Below, piece after piece: positions 10,489 through 25,370 of a stretch of 64,000 nucleotides of DNA. The stretch is from Botryllus schlosseri. Taxonomy: Eukaryota. The stretch is from the NCBI GenBank assembly GCA_051294905.1, contig CM119371.1, positions 18,788,001 to 18,852,000 on the forward strand, given 5' to 3'. How positions within the stretch are numbered: the first letter of the stretch is position 1; each line of letters starts with the position of its first letter. Made by a program: the position numbers and the translations under genes. The notes under the pieces are model-generated. The model saw only the letters and a program-made list of their open reading frames with translations, searched no databases and had not been told where the DNA came from.

Positions 10489-13400
10489 TTTTTCATTTTT
10501 TTCGCACAAACTCGATCAATTTGATCGCTGCGCTGTATTCACGTATGAAGTATCGCGCGAAATTTGTAATTGTAGTCGGCCTAACGCATTTTCATTATAT
10601 CGCAATCGTCTTAGAGAAACGGACAATGTCACATAAAACGGCAGAAACTGTCTCGATTTGTCGCCTACGACCATACCACGTTGAATATACCCGATCTCGT
10701 CCGCTCTCGGAAGTCAAGTAACGTTGGGCCCGGTTAGTACTTGAATGGGTGACCGGCTGGGAATACCGGGTGTAGTAGGCGGCTTTTTCATTTTTTTCGC
10801 ACAAACTCGATCAATTTGATCGCTGCGCTGTATTCACGTATGAAGTATCGCGCGAAATTTGTAATTGTAGTCGGCCTAACGCATTTTCATTATATCGCAA
10901 TCGTCTTAGAGAAACGGACAATGTCACATAAAACGGCAGAAACTGTCACGATCTGTCGCCTACGACCATACCACGTTGAATATACCCGATCTCGTCCGAT
11001 CTCGGAAGTCAAGTAACGTTGGGCCCGGTTAGTACTTGCATGGGTGACCGGCTGGGAATACCGGGTGTAGTAGGCGGCTTTTTCATTTTTTTCGCACAAA
11101 CTCGATCAATTTGATCGCTGCGCTGTATTCACGTATGAAGTATCGCGCGAAATTTGTAATTGTAGTCGGCCTAACGCATTTTCATTATATCGCAATCGTC
11201 TAAAAGAAACGGATAATGTCACATAAAACGGCAGAAACTGACACGATCTGTCGCCTACGACCATACCACGTTGAATATACCCGATCTCGGAAGTCAAGTA
11301 ACGTTGGGCCCGGTTAGTACTTGCATGGGTGACCGGCTGGGAATACCGGGTGTAGTAGGCGGCTTTTTCATTTTTTTCGCACAAACTCGATCAATTTGAT
11401 CGCTGCGCTGTATTCACGTATGAAGTATCGCGCGAAATTTGTAATTGTAGTCGGCCTAACGCATTTTCATTATATCGCAATCGTCTTAGAGAAACGGACA
11501 ATGTCACATAAAACGGCAGAAACTGTCTCGATTTGTCGCCTACGACCATACCACGTTGAATATACCCGATCTCGTCCGCTCTCGGAAGTCAAGTAACGTT
11601 GGGCCCGGTTAGTACTTGAATGGGTGACCGGCTGGGAATACCGGGTGTAGTAGGCGGCTTTTTCATTTTTTTCGCACAAACTCGATCAATTTGATCGCTG
11701 CGCTGTATTCACGTATGAAGTATCGCGCGAAATTTGTAATTGTAGTCGGCCTAACGCATTTTCATTATATCGCAATCGTCTTAGAGAAACGGACAATGTC
11801 ACATAAAACGGCAGAAACTGTCTCGATCTGTCGCCTACGACCATACCACGTTGAATATACCCGATCTCGTCCGATCTCGGAAGTCAAGTAACGTTGGGCC
11901 CGGTTAGTACTTGCATGGGTGACCGGCTGGGAATACCGGGTGTAGTAGGCGGCTTTTTCATTTTTTTCGCACAAACTCGATCAATTTGATCGCTGCGCTG
12001 TATTCACGTATGAAGTATCGCGCGAAATTTGTAATTGTAGTCGGCCTAACGCATTTTCATTATATCGCAATCGTCTTAGAGAAACGGACAATGTCACATA
12101 AAACGGCAGAAACTGTCTCGATCTGTCGCCTACGACCATACCACGTTGAATATACCCGATCTCGTCCGATCTCGGAAGTCAAGTAACGTTGGGCCCGGTT
12201 AGTACTTGCATGGGTGACCGGCTGGGAATACCGGGTGTAGTAGGCGGCTTTTTCATTTTTTTCGCACAAACTCGATCAATTTGATCGCTGCGCTGTATTC
12301 ACGTATGAAGTATCGCGCGAAATTTGTAATTGTAGTCGGCCTAACGCATTTTCATTATATCGCAATCGTCTTAGAGAAACGGACAATGTCACATAAAACG
12401 GCAGAAACTGTCTCGATCTGTCGCCTACGACCATACCACGTTGAATATACCCGATCTCGTCCGATCTCGGAAGTCAAGTAACGTTGGGCCCGGTTAGTAC
12501 TTGCATGGGTGACCGGCTGGGAATACCGGGTGTAGTAGGCGGCATTTTTATTTTTTTCGCACAAACTCGATCAATTTGATCGCTGCGCTGTATTCACGTA
12601 TGAAGTATCGCGCGAAATTTGTAATTGTAGTCGGCCTAACGCATTTTCATTATATCGCAATCGTCTTAGAGAAACGGACAATGTCACATAAAACGGCAGA
12701 AACTGTCTCGATCTGTCGCCTACGACCATACCACGTTGAATATACCCGATCTCGTCCGATCTCGGAAGTCAAGTAACGTTGGGCCCGGTTAGTACTTGCA
12801 TGGGTGACCGGCTGGGAATACCGGGTGTAGTAGGCGGCTTTTTCATTTTTTTCGCACAAACTCGATCAATTTGATCGCTGCGCTGTATTCACGTATGAAG
12901 TATCGCGCGAAATTTGTAATTGTAGTCGGCCTAACGCATTTTCATTATATCGCAATCGTCTAAAAGAAACGGATAATGTCACATAAAACGGCAGAAACTG
13001 ACACGATCTGTCGCCTACGACCATACCACGTTGAATATACCCGATCTCGGAAGTCAAGTAACGTTGGGCCCGGTTAGTACTTGCATGGGTGACCGGCTGG
13101 GAATACCGGGTGTAGTAGGCGGCTTTTTCATTTTTTTCGCACAAACTCGATCAATTTGATCGCTGCGCTGTATTCACGTATGAAGTATCGCGCGAAATTT
13201 GTAATTGTAGTCGGCCTAACGCATTTTCATTATATCGCAATCGTCTTAGAGAAACGGACAATGTCACATAAAACGGCAGAAACTGTCTCGATTTGTCGCC
13301 TACGACCATACCACGTTGAATATACCCGATCTCGTCCGCTCTCGGAAGTCAAGTAACGTTGGGCCCGGTTAGTACTTGAATGGGTGACCGGCTGGGAATA

Positions 13401-16400
13401 CCGGGTGTAGTAGGCGGCTTTTTCATTTTTTTCGCACAAACTCGATCAATTTGATCGCTGCGCTGTATTCACGTATGAAGTATCGCGCGAAATTTGTAAT
13501 TGTAGTCGGCCTAACGCATTTTCATTATATCGCAATCGTCTTAGAGAAACGGACAATGTCACATAAAACGGCAGAAACTGTCTCGATCTGTCGCCTACGA
13601 CCATACCACGTTGAATATACCCGATCTCGTCCGATCTCGGAAGTCAAGTAACGTTGGGCCCGGTTAGTACTTGCATGGGTGACCGGCTGGGAATACCGGG
13701 TGTAGTAGGCGGCTTTTTCATTTTTTTCGCACAAACCCGATCAATTTGATCGCTGCGCTGTATTCACGTATGAAGTATCGCGCGAAATTTGTAATTGTAG
13801 TCGGCCTAACGCATTTTCATTATATCGCAATCGTCTTAGAGAAACGGACAATGTCACATAAAACGGCAGAAACTGTCTCGATCTGTCGCCTGCGACCATA
13901 CCACGTTGAATATACCCGATCTCGTCCGATCTCGGAAGTCAAGTAACGTTGGGCCCGGTTAGTACTTGCATGGGTGACCGGCTGGGAATACCGGGTGTAG
14001 TAGGCGGCTTTTTCATTTTTTTCGCACAAACTCGATCAATTTGATCGCTGCGCTGTATTCACGTATGAAGTATCGCGCGAAATTTGTAATTGTAGTCGGC
14101 CTAACGCATTTTCATTATATCGCAATCGTCTTAGAGAAACGGACAATGTCACATAAAACGGCAGAAACTGTCTCGATCTGTCGCCTACGACCATACCACG
14201 TTGAATATACCCGATCTCGTCCGATCTCGGAAGTCAAGTAACGTTGGGCCCGGTTAGTACTTGCATGGGTGACCGGCTGGGAATACCGGGTGTAGTAGGC
14301 GGCTTTTTCATTTTTTCGCACAAACTCGATCAATTTGATCGCTGCGCTGTATTCACGTATGAAGTATCGCGCGAAATTTGTAATTGTAGTCGGCCTAACG
14401 CATTTTCATTATATCGCAATCGTCTTAGAGAAACGGACAATGTCACATAAAACGGCAGAAACTGTCTCGATCTGTCGCCTACGACCATACCACGTTGAAT
14501 ATACCCGATCTCGTCCGATCTCGGAAGTCAAGTAACGTTGGGCCCGGTTAGTACTTGCATGGGTGACCGGCTGGGAATACCGGGTGTAGTAGGCGGCATT
14601 TTTATTTTTTTCGCACAAACTCGATCTATTTGATCGCTGCGCTGTATTCACGTATGAAGTATCGCGCGAAATTTGTAATTGTAGTCGGCCTAACGCATTT
14701 TCATTATATCGCAATCGTCTTAGAGAAACGGACAATGTCACATAAAACGGCAGAAACTGTCTCGATTTGTCGCCTACGACCATACCACGTTGAATATACC
14801 CGATCTCGTCCGCTCTCGGAAGTCAAGTAACGTTGGGCCCGGTTAGTACTTGAATGGGTGACCGGCTGGGAATACCGGGTGTAGTAGGCGGCTTTTTCAT
14901 TTTTTTCGCACAAACTCGATCAATTTGATCGCTGCGCTGTATTCACGTATGAAGTATCGCGCGAAATTTGTAATTGTAGTCGGCCTAACGCATTTTCATT
15001 ATATCGCAATCGTCTTAGAGAAACGGACAATGTCACATAAAACGGCAGAAACTGTCACGATCTGTCGCCTACGACCATACCACGTTGAATATACCCGATC
15101 TCGTCCGATCTCGGAAGTCAAGTAACGTTGGGCCCGGTTAGTACTTGCATGGGTGACCGGCTGGGAATACCGGGTGTAGTAGGCGGCTTTTTCATTTTTT
15201 TCGCACAAACTCGATCAATTTGATCGCTGCGCTGTATTCACGTATGAAGTATCGCGCGAAATTTGTAATTGTAGTCGGCCTAACGCATTTTCATTATATC
15301 GCAATCGTCTAAAAGAAACGGATAATGTCACATAAAACGGCAGAAACTGACACGATCTGTCGCCTACGACCATACCACGTTGAATATACCCGATCTCGGA
15401 AGTCAAGTAACGTTGGGCCCGGTTAGTACTTGCATGGGTGACCGGCTGGGAATACCGGGTGTAGTAGGCGGCTTTTTCATTTTTTTCGCACAAACTCGAT
15501 CAATTTGATCGCTGCGCTGTATTCACGTATGAAGTATCGCGCGAAATTTGTAATTGTAGTCGGCCTAACGCATTTTCATTATATCGCAATCGTCTTAGAG
15601 AAACGGACAATGTCACATAAAACGGCAGAAACTGTCTCGATTTGTCGCCTACGACCATACCACGTTGAATATACCCGATCTCGTCCGCTCTCGGAAGTCA
15701 AGTAACGTTGGGCCCGGTTAGTACTTGAATGGGTGACCGGCTGGGAATACCGGGTGTAGTAGGCGGCTTTTTCATTTTTTTCGCACAAACTCGATCAATT
15801 TGATCGCTGCGCTGTATTCACGTATGAAGTATCGCGCGAAATTTGTAATTGTAGTCGGCCTAACGCATTTTCATTATATCGCAATCGTCTTAGAGAAACG
15901 GACAATGTCACATAAAACGGCAGAAACTGTCTCGATCTGTCGCCTACGACCATACCACGTTGAATATACCCGATCTCGTCCGATCTCGGAAGTCAAGTAA
16001 CGTTGGGCCCGGTTAGTACTTGCATGGGTGACCGGCTGGGAATACCGGGTGTAGTAGGCGGCTTTTTCATTTTTTTCGCACAAACTCGATCAATTTGATC
16101 GCTGCGCTGTATTCACGTATGAAGTATCGCGCGAAATTTGTAATTGTAGTCGGCCTAACGCATTTTCATTATATCGCAATCGTCTTAGAGAAACGGACAA
16201 TGTCACATAAAACGGCAGAAACTGTCTCGATCTGTCGCCTACGACCATACCACGTTGAATATACCCGATCTCGTCCGATTTCGGAAGTCAAGTAACGTTG
16301 GGCCCGGTTAGTACTTGCATGGGTGACCGGCTGGGAATACCGGGTGTAGTAGGCGGCTTTTTCATTTTTTTCGCACAAACTCGATCAATTTGATCGCTGC

Positions 16401-19400
16401 GCTGTATTCACGTATGAAGTATCGCGCGAAATTTGTAATTGTAGTCGGCCTAACGCATTTTCATTATATCGCAATCGTCTTAGAGAAACGGACAATGTCA
16501 CATAAAACGGCAGAAACTGTCTCGATCTGTCGCCTACGACCATACCACGTTGAATATACCCGATCTCGTCCGATCTCGGAAGTCAAGTAACGTTGGGCCC
16601 GGTTAGTACTTGCATGGGTGACCGGCTGGGAATACCGGGTGTAGTAGGCGGCTTTTTCATTTTTTTCGCACAAACTCGATCAATTTGATCGCTGCGCTGT
16701 ATTCACGTATGAAGTATCGCGCGAAATTTGTAATTGTAGTCGGCCTAACGCATTTTCATTATATCGCAATCGTCTTAGAGAAACGGACAATGTCACATAA
16801 AACGGCAGAAACTGTCTCGATCTGTCGCCTACGACCATACCACGTTGAATATACCCGATCTCGTCCGATCTCGGAAGTCAAGTAACGTTGGGCCCGGTTA
16901 GTACTTGCATGGGTGACCGGCTGGGAATACCGGGTGTAGTAGGCGGCATTTTTATTTTTTTCGCACAAACTCGATCAATTTGATCGCTGCGCTGTATTCA
17001 CGTATGAAGTATCGCGCGAAATTTGTAATTGTAGTCGGCCTAACGCATTTTCATTATATCGCAATCGTCTTAGAGAAACGGACAATGTCACATAAAACGG
17101 CAGAAACTGTCTCGATCTGTCGCCTACGACCATACCACGTTGAATATACCCGATCTCGTCCGATCTCGGAAGTCAAGTAACGTTGGGCCCGGTTAGTACT
17201 TGCATGGGTGACCGGCTGGGAATACCGGGTGTAGTAGGCGGCTTTTTCATTTTTTTCGCACAAACTCGATCAATTTGATCGCTGCGCTGTATTCACGTAT
17301 GAAGTATCGCGCGAAATTTGTAATTGTAGTCGGCCTAACGCATTTTCATTATATCGCAATCGTCTAAAAGAAACGGATAATGTCACATAAAACGGCAGAA
17401 ACTGACACGATCTGTCGCCTACGACCATACCACGTTGAATATACCCGATCTCGGAAGTCAAGTAACGTTGGGCCCGGTTAGTACTTGCATGGGTGACCGG
17501 CTGGGAATACCGGGTGTAGTAGGCGGCTTTTTCATTTTTTTCGCACAAACTCGATCAATTTGATCGCTGCGCTGTATTCACGTATGAAGTATCGCGCGAA
17601 ATTTGTAATTGTAGTCGGCCTAACGCATTTTCATTATATCGCAATCGTCTTAGAGAAACGGACAATGTCACATAAAACGGCAGAAACTGTCTCGATTTGT
17701 CGCCTACGACCATACCACGTTGAATATACCCGATCTCGTCCGCTCTCGGAAGTCAAGTAACGTTGGGCCCGGTTAGTACTTGAATGGGTGACCGGCTGGG
17801 AATACCGGGTGTAGTAGGCGGCTTTTTCATTTTTTTCGCACAAACTCGATCAATTTGATCGCTGCGCTGTATTCACGTATGAAGTATCGCGCGAAATTTG
17901 TAATTGTAGTCGGCCTAACGCATTTTCATTATATCGCAATCGTCTTAGAGAAACGGACAATGTCACATAAAACGGCAGAAACTGTCTCGATCTGTCGCCT
18001 ACGACCATACCACGTTGAATATACCCGATCTCGTCCGATCTCGGAAGTCAAGTAACGTTGGGCCCGGTTAGTACTTGCATGGGTGACCGGCTGGGAATAC
18101 CGGGTGTAGTAGGCGGCTTTTTCATTTTTTTCGCACAAACCCGATCAATTTGATCGCTGCGCTGTATTCACGTATGAAGTATCGCGCGAAATTTGTAATT
18201 GTAGTCGGCCTAACGCATTTTCATTATATCGCAATCGTCTTAGAGAAACGGACAATGTCACATAAAACGGCAGAAACTGTCTCGATCTGTCGCCTACGAC
18301 CATACCACGTTGAATATACCCGATCTCGTCCGATCTCGGAAGTCAAGTAACGTTGGGCCCGGTTAGTACTTGCATGGGTGACCGGCTGGGAATACCGGGT
18401 GTAGTAGGCGGCTTTTTCATTTTTTTCGCACAAACTCGATCAATTTGATCGCTGCGCTGTATTCACGTATGAAGTATCGCGCGAAATTTGTAATTGTAGT
18501 CGGCCTAACGCATTTTCATTATATCGCAATCGTCTTAGAGAAACGGACAATGTCACATAAAACGGCAGAAACTGTCTCGATCTGTCGCCTACGACCATAC
18601 CACGTTGAATATACCCGATCTCGTCCGATCTCGGAAGTCAAGTAACGTTGGGCCCGGTTAGTACTTGCATGGGTGACCGGCTGGGAATACCGGGTGTAGT
18701 AGGCGGCTTTTTCATTTTTTCGCACAAACTCGATCAATTTGATCGCTGCGCTGTATTCACGTATGAAGTATCGCGCGAAATTTGTAATTGTAGTCGGCCT
18801 AACGCATTTTCATTATATCGCAATCGTCTTAGAGAAACGGACAATGTCACATAAAACGGCAGAAACTGTCTCGATCTGTCGCCTACGACCATACCACGTT
18901 GAATATACCCGATCTCGTCCGATCTCGGAAGTCAAGTAACGTTGGGCCCGGTTAGTACTTGCATGGGTGACCGGCTGGGAATACCGGGTGTAGTAGGCGG
19001 CATTTTTATTTTTTTCGCACAAACTCGATCTATTTGATCGCTGCGCTGTATTCACGTATGAAGTATCGCGCGAAATTTGTAATTGTAGTCGGCCTAACGC
19101 ATTTTCATTATATCGCAATCGTCTTAGAGAAACGGACAATGTCACATAAAACGGCAGAAACTGTCTCGATTTGTCGCCTACGACCATACCACGTTGAATA
19201 TACCCGATCTCGTCCGCTCTCGGAAGTCAAGTAACGTTGGGCCCGGTTAGTACTTGAATGGGTGACCGGCTGGGAATACCGGGTGTAGTAGGCGGCTTTT
19301 TCATTTTTTTCGCACAAACTCGATCAATTTGATCGCTGCGCTGTATTCACGTATGAAGTATCGCGCGAAATTTGTAATTGTAGTCGGCCTAACGCATTTT

Positions 19401-22400
19401 CATTATATCGCAATCGTCTTAGAGAAACGGACAATGTCACATAAAACGGCAGAAACTGTCACGATCTGTCGCCTACGACCATACCACGTTGAATATACCC
19501 GATCTCGTCCGATCTCGGAAGTCAAGTAACGTTGGGCCCGGTTAGTACTTGCATGGGTGACCGGCTGGGAATACCGGGTGTAGTAGGCGGCTTTTTCATT
19601 TTTTTCGCACAAACTCGATCAATTTGATCGCTGCGCTGTATTCACGTATGAAGTATCGCGCGAAATTTGTAATTGTAGTCGGCCTAACGCATTTTCATTA
19701 TATCGCAATCGTCTAAAAGAAACGGATAATGTCACATAAAACGGCAGAAACTGACACGATCTGTCGCCTACGACCATACCACGTTGAATATACCCGATCT
19801 CGGAAGTCAAGTAACGTTGGGCCCGGTTAGTACTTGCATGGGTGACCGGCTGGGAATACCGGGTGTAGTAGGCGGCTTTTTCATTTTTTTCGCACAAACT
19901 CGATCAATTTGATCGCTGCGCTGTATTCACGTATGAAGTATCGCGCGAAATTTGTAATTGTAGTCGGCCTAACGCATTTTCATTATATCGCAATCGTCTT
20001 AGAGAAACGGACAATGTCACATAAAACGGCAGAAACTGTCTCGATTTGTCGCCTACGACCATACCACGTTGAATATACCCGATCTCGTCCGCTCTCGGAA
20101 GTCAAGTAACGTTGGGCCCGGTTAGTACTTGAATGGGTGACCGGCTGGGAATACCGGGTGTAGTAGGCGGCTTTTTCATTTTTTTCGCACAAACTCGATC
20201 AATTTGATCGCTGCGCTGTATTCACGTATGAAGTATCGCGCGAAATTTGTAATTGTAGTCGGCCTAACGCATTTTCATTATATCGCAATCGTCTTAGAGA
20301 AACGGACAATGTCACATAAAACGGCAGAAACTGTCTCGATCTGTCGCCTACGACCATACCACGTTGAATATACCCGATCTCGTCCGATCTCGGAAGTCAA
20401 GTAACGTTGGGCCCGGTTAGTACTTGCATGGGTGACCGGCTGGGAATACCGGGTGTAGTAGGCGGCTTTTTCATTTTTTTCGCACAAACTCGATCAATTT
20501 GATCGCTGCGCTGTATTCACGTATGAAGTATCGCGCGAAATTTGTAATTGTAGTCGGCCTAACGCATTTTCATTATATCGCAATCGTCTTAGAGAAACGG
20601 ACAATGTCACATAAAACGGCAGAAACTGTCTCGATCTGTCGCCTACGACCATACCACGTTGAATATACCCGATCTCGTCCGATTTCGGAAGTCAAGTAAC
20701 GTTGGGCCCGGTTAGTACTTGCATGGGTGACCGGCTGGGAATACCGGGTGTAGTAGGCGGCTTTTTCATTTTTTTCGCACAAACTCGATCAATTTGATCG
20801 CTGCGCTGTATTCACGTATGAAGTATCGCGCGAAATTTGTAATTGTAGTCGGCCTAACGCATTTTCATTATATCGCAATCGTCTTAGAGAAACGGACAAT
20901 GTCACATAAAACGGCAGAAACTGTCTCGATCTGTCGCCTACGACCATACCACGTTGAATATACCCGATCTCGTCCGATCTCGGAAGTCAAGTAACGTTGG
21001 GCCCGGTTAGTACTTGCATGGGTGACCGGCTGGGAATACCGGGTGTAGTAGGCGGCTTTTTCATTTTTTTCGCACAAACTCGATCAATTTGATCGCTGCG
21101 CTGTATTCACGTATGAAGTATCGCGCGAAATTTGTAATTGTAGTCGGCCTAACGCATTTTCATTATATCGCAATCGTCTAAAAGAAACGGATAATGTCAC
21201 ATAAAACGGCAGAAACTGACACGATCTGTCGCCTACGACCATACCACGTTGAATATACCCGATCTCGGAAGTCAAGTAACGTTGGGCCCGGTTAGTACTT
21301 GCATGGGTGACCGGCTGGGAATACCGGGTGTAGTAGGCGGCATTTTTATTTTTTTCGCACAAACTCGATCAATTTGATCGCTGCGCTGTATTCACGTATG
21401 AAGTATCGCGCGAAATTTGTAATTGTAGTCGGCCTAACGCATTTTCATTATATCGCAATCGTCTTAGAGAAACGGACAATGTCACATAAAACGGCAGAAA
21501 CTGTCTCGATCTGTCGCCTACGACCATACCACGTTGAATATACCCGATCTCGTCCGATCTCGGAAGTCAAGTAACGTTGGGCCCGGTTAGTACTTGCATG
21601 GGTGACCGGCTGGGAATACCGGGTGTAGGTAGGCGGCTTTTGCATTTTTTGTGCGCAAACTCGATCGTTTTGATTGCAACTGTTTTGTATGCGCACGTAG
21701 GCCTACGTACAACTATGATTGTCATCATTTGCTGGCCGCCGCTTATTTCAATTGGTAGTTATACTAGGCCTGACACATTGTCATTATATCGAAATCTCGT
21801 GCTGTTTTCACATGACGAAAAGTGCAATAAAATAACTACTCTGACAGCGAGAGCTTACTTGTGTGTTTGTCGACAAGATACAAGAACAGAGCAGGACGCC
21901 AATGATATTCGACCTCTAATTGGTCAGAAAGTGCCTCGGCGCAATAAGACTATCTACTATTCTGGCGTCTCGTCGACAGCATGGCGACGGAAATTGTCAC
22001 ATAAAACGGCACAGATCGTAACCACTGTCGCCTACGACCATACCACGTTGAATATACCCGATCTCGTCCGATCTCGGAAGTCGAGCAACGTTGGGCCCGG
22101 TTAGTACTTGCATGGGTGACCGGCTGGGAATACCGGGTGTAGTAGACGGCTTTTTCATTTTTTTCGCACAAACTCGATCAATTTGATCGCTGCGCTGTAT
22201 TCACGTATGAAGTATCGCGCGAAATTTGTAATTGTAGTCGGCCTAACACATTTTCATGATATCGCAATCTCGTGCTGTTTTGACATGACGAAAATTCCAA
22301 TAAAATAACTACTCTGACAGCGAGAGCTTACTTGTCTGTTTTTCGACCAGACACAAGAACAGAGCAGGACGCCAATGATATTCGACCTCTAGTTGGTCAG

Positions 22401-22977
22401 AAAGTGCCTCGGCGCAATAAGACTATCTACTATTCTGGCGTCTCGTCGACAGCATGGCGACGGAAATTGTCACATAAAACGGCACAGATCGTAACCACTG
22501 TCGCCTACGACCATACCACGTTGAATATACCCGATCTCGTCCGATCTCGGAAGTCAAGCAACGTTGGGCCCGGTTAGTACTTGCATGGGTGACCGGCTGG
22601 GAATACCGGGTGTAGTAGACGGCTTTTTCATTTTTTTCGCACAAACTCGATCAATTTGATCGCTGCGCTGTATTCACGTATGAAGTATCGCGCGAAATTT
22701 GTAATTGTAGTCGGCCTAACACATTTTCATGATATCGAAATCTCGTGCTGTTTTTACATGACGAAAATTCCAATAAAATAACTACTCTGACAGCGAGAGC
22801 TTACTTGTCTGTTTTTTGACCAGACACAAGAACAGAGCAGGACGCCAATGATATTCGACCTCTTGTTGGTCAGAAAGTGCCTCGGCGCAATAAGACTATC
22901 TATACTATTCTGGCGTCTCGTCGACAGCATGGCGACGGAAATTGTCACATAAAACGGCACAGATCGTAACCACTGTC

Positions 22978-23005
22978 GCCTACGACCATACCACGTTGAA
23001 TATAC
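22978..23005 (+). pseudogene. 5' part (+1 to +28) of a 5S gene split by a DNA transposon
   Basis: GCCTACGACC...GAATATAC runs directly into the TIR. Confidence 0.95.
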
Positions 23006-23149
23006 CCCAGCAAACACTCGATGTCCAGTTGACTTCCGGTGGAATTGCCGGCAGGACGTCCGGTAACTTACGGCCGTCACCTCCCTGGAGTGAGTTTGTC
23101 GACAACTAGGGACGTCCTGTCTGCTCTCTGAGTACGTCCGCAATGACGT

Positions 23150-23350
23150 GTTGTGGACATGAAGCGACTCATCATGGACGCGGCTGACCTATCCTGGACG
23201 TCACGTGGTTCCCTATGGACGCGTCTGACGTACTGTGGACGTGACGCCACCCCCTGTGGACGTCATGCCACTCCCTATGAACGCGCCTGACGTACTGTGG
23301 ACTTGACGCCACTCCCTATGGACACCAGTCCACGTACTGCGGACGTCTTA
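23150..23350 (+). repeat. Subterminal ~21-bp degenerate tandem repeat with a TGGACGT core
   Basis: cctatggacgcgtctgacgt / actgtggacgtgacgccac / cctgtggacgtcatgccact / actgtggacttgacgccact etc.; related GGACATCC/GACGTCC motifs occur near the right end (30688-30910). Confidence 0.8.
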
Positions 23351-24163
23351 TTCGCCCCTGTTCAAGTCCTCAGGACTCCCTGTGGAAAACTTAATGATCT
23401 CTATGATTAGCTCCTCCACTTTGATACCTGCTCTGCTCCCACTACATGGAATCCAACATCATATAAGCTCACAAACTGTTTATATTGGGTTACTGGAAAA
23501 CGACAATTGCAAATTTCAAGTAAAACATTAATTAAAGAACTCTTATTATTTAATACAACAAAGTTAAGGATTAAGTGAAAATTCGATCACAAAATTATAA
23601 ATATATGAAATAAATGTGTCACATGAATTTTGGAAATATCAGCTAGTTTTAACTAACTAACATGACAAACATTCCAATTGAGGTGCATACGAGAAATTTG
23701 AAAGAAACGTGTCAAAGGAATTTGACAAAGGACAACCGCTAAGACAATTAAAAACAGACATAAGCAATCATAAGTAGGAACTACCATTGCAAGACGTAAA
23801 ACGATGCATCGGCTGTACCGCATCATGTTAAGAGTCGCGAGCGCGTATTCGTCTTTGACAATAAACTTTGGTTGCAACAACAGGTTTCTTCTCAGTCCTT
23901 GTTTTGCCTGAAGCACATAAAAACAATGTCAGCAAATTGTATGTAGATACACTCTTCATAGCACATGAAATATGTATCAGAACTTCACTATATATTTCCA
24001 CTTGCATTAATTGTAATATGTCTTGTAAATCGCTACTTCTATTTGTACTTGAGTGAAAATTTACGACGATACTATAACTACTGCGTCTATTTGAGTGTGG
24101 AGAGCTTCTGAACTAGCGATACAGAGTATGCGTCAGCCAATCAAATCAACTTGTGGAAACACC

Positions 24164-24656
24164 CAGGGCTGTAATTGCAATGAGTCGAGTTGCGATTTCT
24201 GGTGACTCGAGTCTTTTTCTCAAAATTCGGAAATGACTCGACTCGAGTCAATCTATGTAATGACTCGGACAAGTCATATGAATCGAGACTCGGACGGCTA
24301 AGACCGATAACACACTAGTGTAACCACACTATTGGTATTTCGTCTAATAGTAGCAGTACTTGAAAATGCGACCAGAAACTGTTAAAGGTGAGAAAAACCA
24401 GTAGCCTATATTATATATTATAAATGCGAACCGTTGATATCACCGAACAGAGTTATAAAAACTGGATTAAACAAGAATTTAGCTGGAAACTGAGCAGTCA
24501 ACGCAATGGTTGAACTTGAGTCATAACACCATGACTCGGGCTCGACCCTATACTCGCTGACTTGGACTTGACTCGGTGGTGAATTGGAAATGACTCGACT
24601 TGACTCGAGTCAAAACTATATAAGTGAGATTGACTTGTGACTTGGCTACAACCCTG
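24164..24656 (+). mobile_element. hAT-like MITE, copy 1 (GACTCGAGTC-rich)
   Basis: TIR CAGGGCTGTA...TACAACCCTG; 8-bp TSD GAAACACC/GAAACATC (1 mismatch). Confidence 0.85.
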
Positions 24657-24873
24657 GAAACATCTAAAGTACATACTTGAGTACTTTTCAGAAATTATAC
24701 TTTCACATCAATTAGTTTGGACAAGGCTTGTAAATCACTGCTTGTACCAGAGTGGAAATACATTGCGTTACTACTACGTCTACTCCATTGATGACACAAC
24801 AAATACTTCTACTTGAGTGCTGAAAACAACTACGTTTTTGACTATCTCTGTTCAGAAGCATGCACCTACGACT

Positions 24874-25370
24874 CAGGGTTGTAACCAAGTCACAAGTCAA
24901 TCTCAATTTTATAGTTTTGACCCGAGTCAATTTGAGTCATTTTCAATTCACCACCGAGTCCAAGTCATTGTGTTGACGCTCAGTTTCCAGTTAAAGCCTT
25001 GTTAACCCACTTGTTATAACTGTGTTTGGTGATATCGAATGGTTCTCAATTCTCATTCAAAATATAGCCTACTAATTTTCCTCACTTTTAGCAGTTTCTG
25101 GTCGCATTTTCGAATACAAGTACCAATAGATGAATTCCTAATAGTGTGGTCACTTTACTATACTTTGAAATTGCAATGAAATGTTGGTCTCGAGTCATAT
25201 GACTTGGTTCGAGTCATGCGCAATGACTCGAGTCCGAGTCGAGTCAATATACAGATTGACTCGAGTAGAGTCAAATCATTTCCGAATTTTGCGAAAATGA
25301 CTCGAGTCAAGTCAAGTCATCAGAAAATCGGGACACGAGTCGAGTCATGACTCGATTCATTACAACCCTG
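24874..25370 (-). mobile_element. hAT-like MITE, copy 2, inverted relative to copy 1
   Basis: TIR CAGGGTTGTAA...TTACAACCCTG; perfect 8-bp TSD CTACGACT; its start is the reverse complement of copy 1's end. Confidence 0.9.

Larger units (their letters stand above)
1..23005 (+). repeat. Tandem 5S rDNA array, left arm (~67 genes/pseudogenes; units of 295, 285, 473-475 and 514-516 bp)
   Basis: Head-to-tail recurrence of GCCTACGACCATACCACGTTGAATATACCCGATCTCGTCCGATCTCGGAAGTCAAG...GGGAATACCGGGTGTAGTAGGC followed by T-runs; periodicity is also visible in the ORF track. Confidence 0.98.

Noticed and set aside
1..23005. CRISPR-like repeat/spacer appearance
   Set aside because: The repeat is a ~120-bp 5S gene, the spacers are themselves repeated, and there are no cas genes.
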